Source: Candidatus Zixiibacteriota bacterium (GTDB lineage: Bacteria; Zixibacteria; MSB-5A5; UBA10806; 4484-95). Taken from it: a stretch of DNA of 64,000 nucleotides. The notes under the pieces are model-generated. The model saw only the letters and a list, made by a program, of their open reading frames with translations. It was not told where the DNA came from and did no database searches. Shown here in pieces: positions 63,878 through 64,000 of this stretch. The stretch spans positions 192,001-256,000 of the forward strand of contig JBBIRK010000002.1 in the NCBI GenBank assembly GCA_037441845.1, written 5' to 3'. The translations under genes were made by a program, and so were the position numbers. Each line of letters starts with the position of its first letter. Position 1 is the stretch's first letter.

Positions 63878-64000
63878 CGCTTTTTCCAAACCAGATTAAG
63901 CTCCACCACCTTGCGCGTGTCAGGGCCGACTTTGAATTCATCGCTGATTCCATAGCCGGCGATCCAGGCGATCTTGCCGCCCGCGGTAACTATCGGAACC
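63874..64000 (-). CDS. tilS: tRNA(Ile)-lysidine synthetase, C-terminal end only
   Basis: Hand translation VPIVTAGGKIAWIAGYGISDEFKVGPDTRKVVEL...stop; conserved tilS-hpt-ftsH order. Confidence 0.75.
   Translation of the reverse strand, partial: VPIVTAGGKIAWIAGYGISDEFKVGPDTRKVVELNLVWKKR

Overview
Gene-dense chromosomal window from a diderm (LPS-making) bacterium of moderately high GC. Gene content and order suggest an FCB-related lineage such as Zixibacteria (inference only). About 60 CDS lie on the minus strand; only lptF-lptG are on plus. 1-3.8 kb: tamB followed by the start of an Omp85/TamA gene. 4-18.3 kb: a co-oriented type IV pilus locus, pilA-pilT-(pilV-, pilW-like, large PilX/DUF4900-like)-pilMNO-pilP/GspC-like-pilQ-(920-aa Ig-repeat lipoprotein)-pilB-pilC. 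This is the most distinctive element. 18.7-36 kb: ECF sigma/anti-sigma pair, two beta-barrel OMPs, hydrolases, M16 peptidase, Ser/Thr kinase, a degenerate DUF2064 protein, ccdA with an orphan Cys-rich anti-sigma, and a pseudo-receiver protein. 36-64 kb: core genes (trxA, lpxD, skp, bamA, rplU, rng, fmt, def, yajC, tgt, lptFG, csp, ahcY, metK, ptsHI, dprA, obgE, cdaA, folP, folE, ftsH, hpt, tilS). No rRNA, tRNA, CRISPR array or mobile element was recognised. All calls come from reading motifs by eye; no searches were run.
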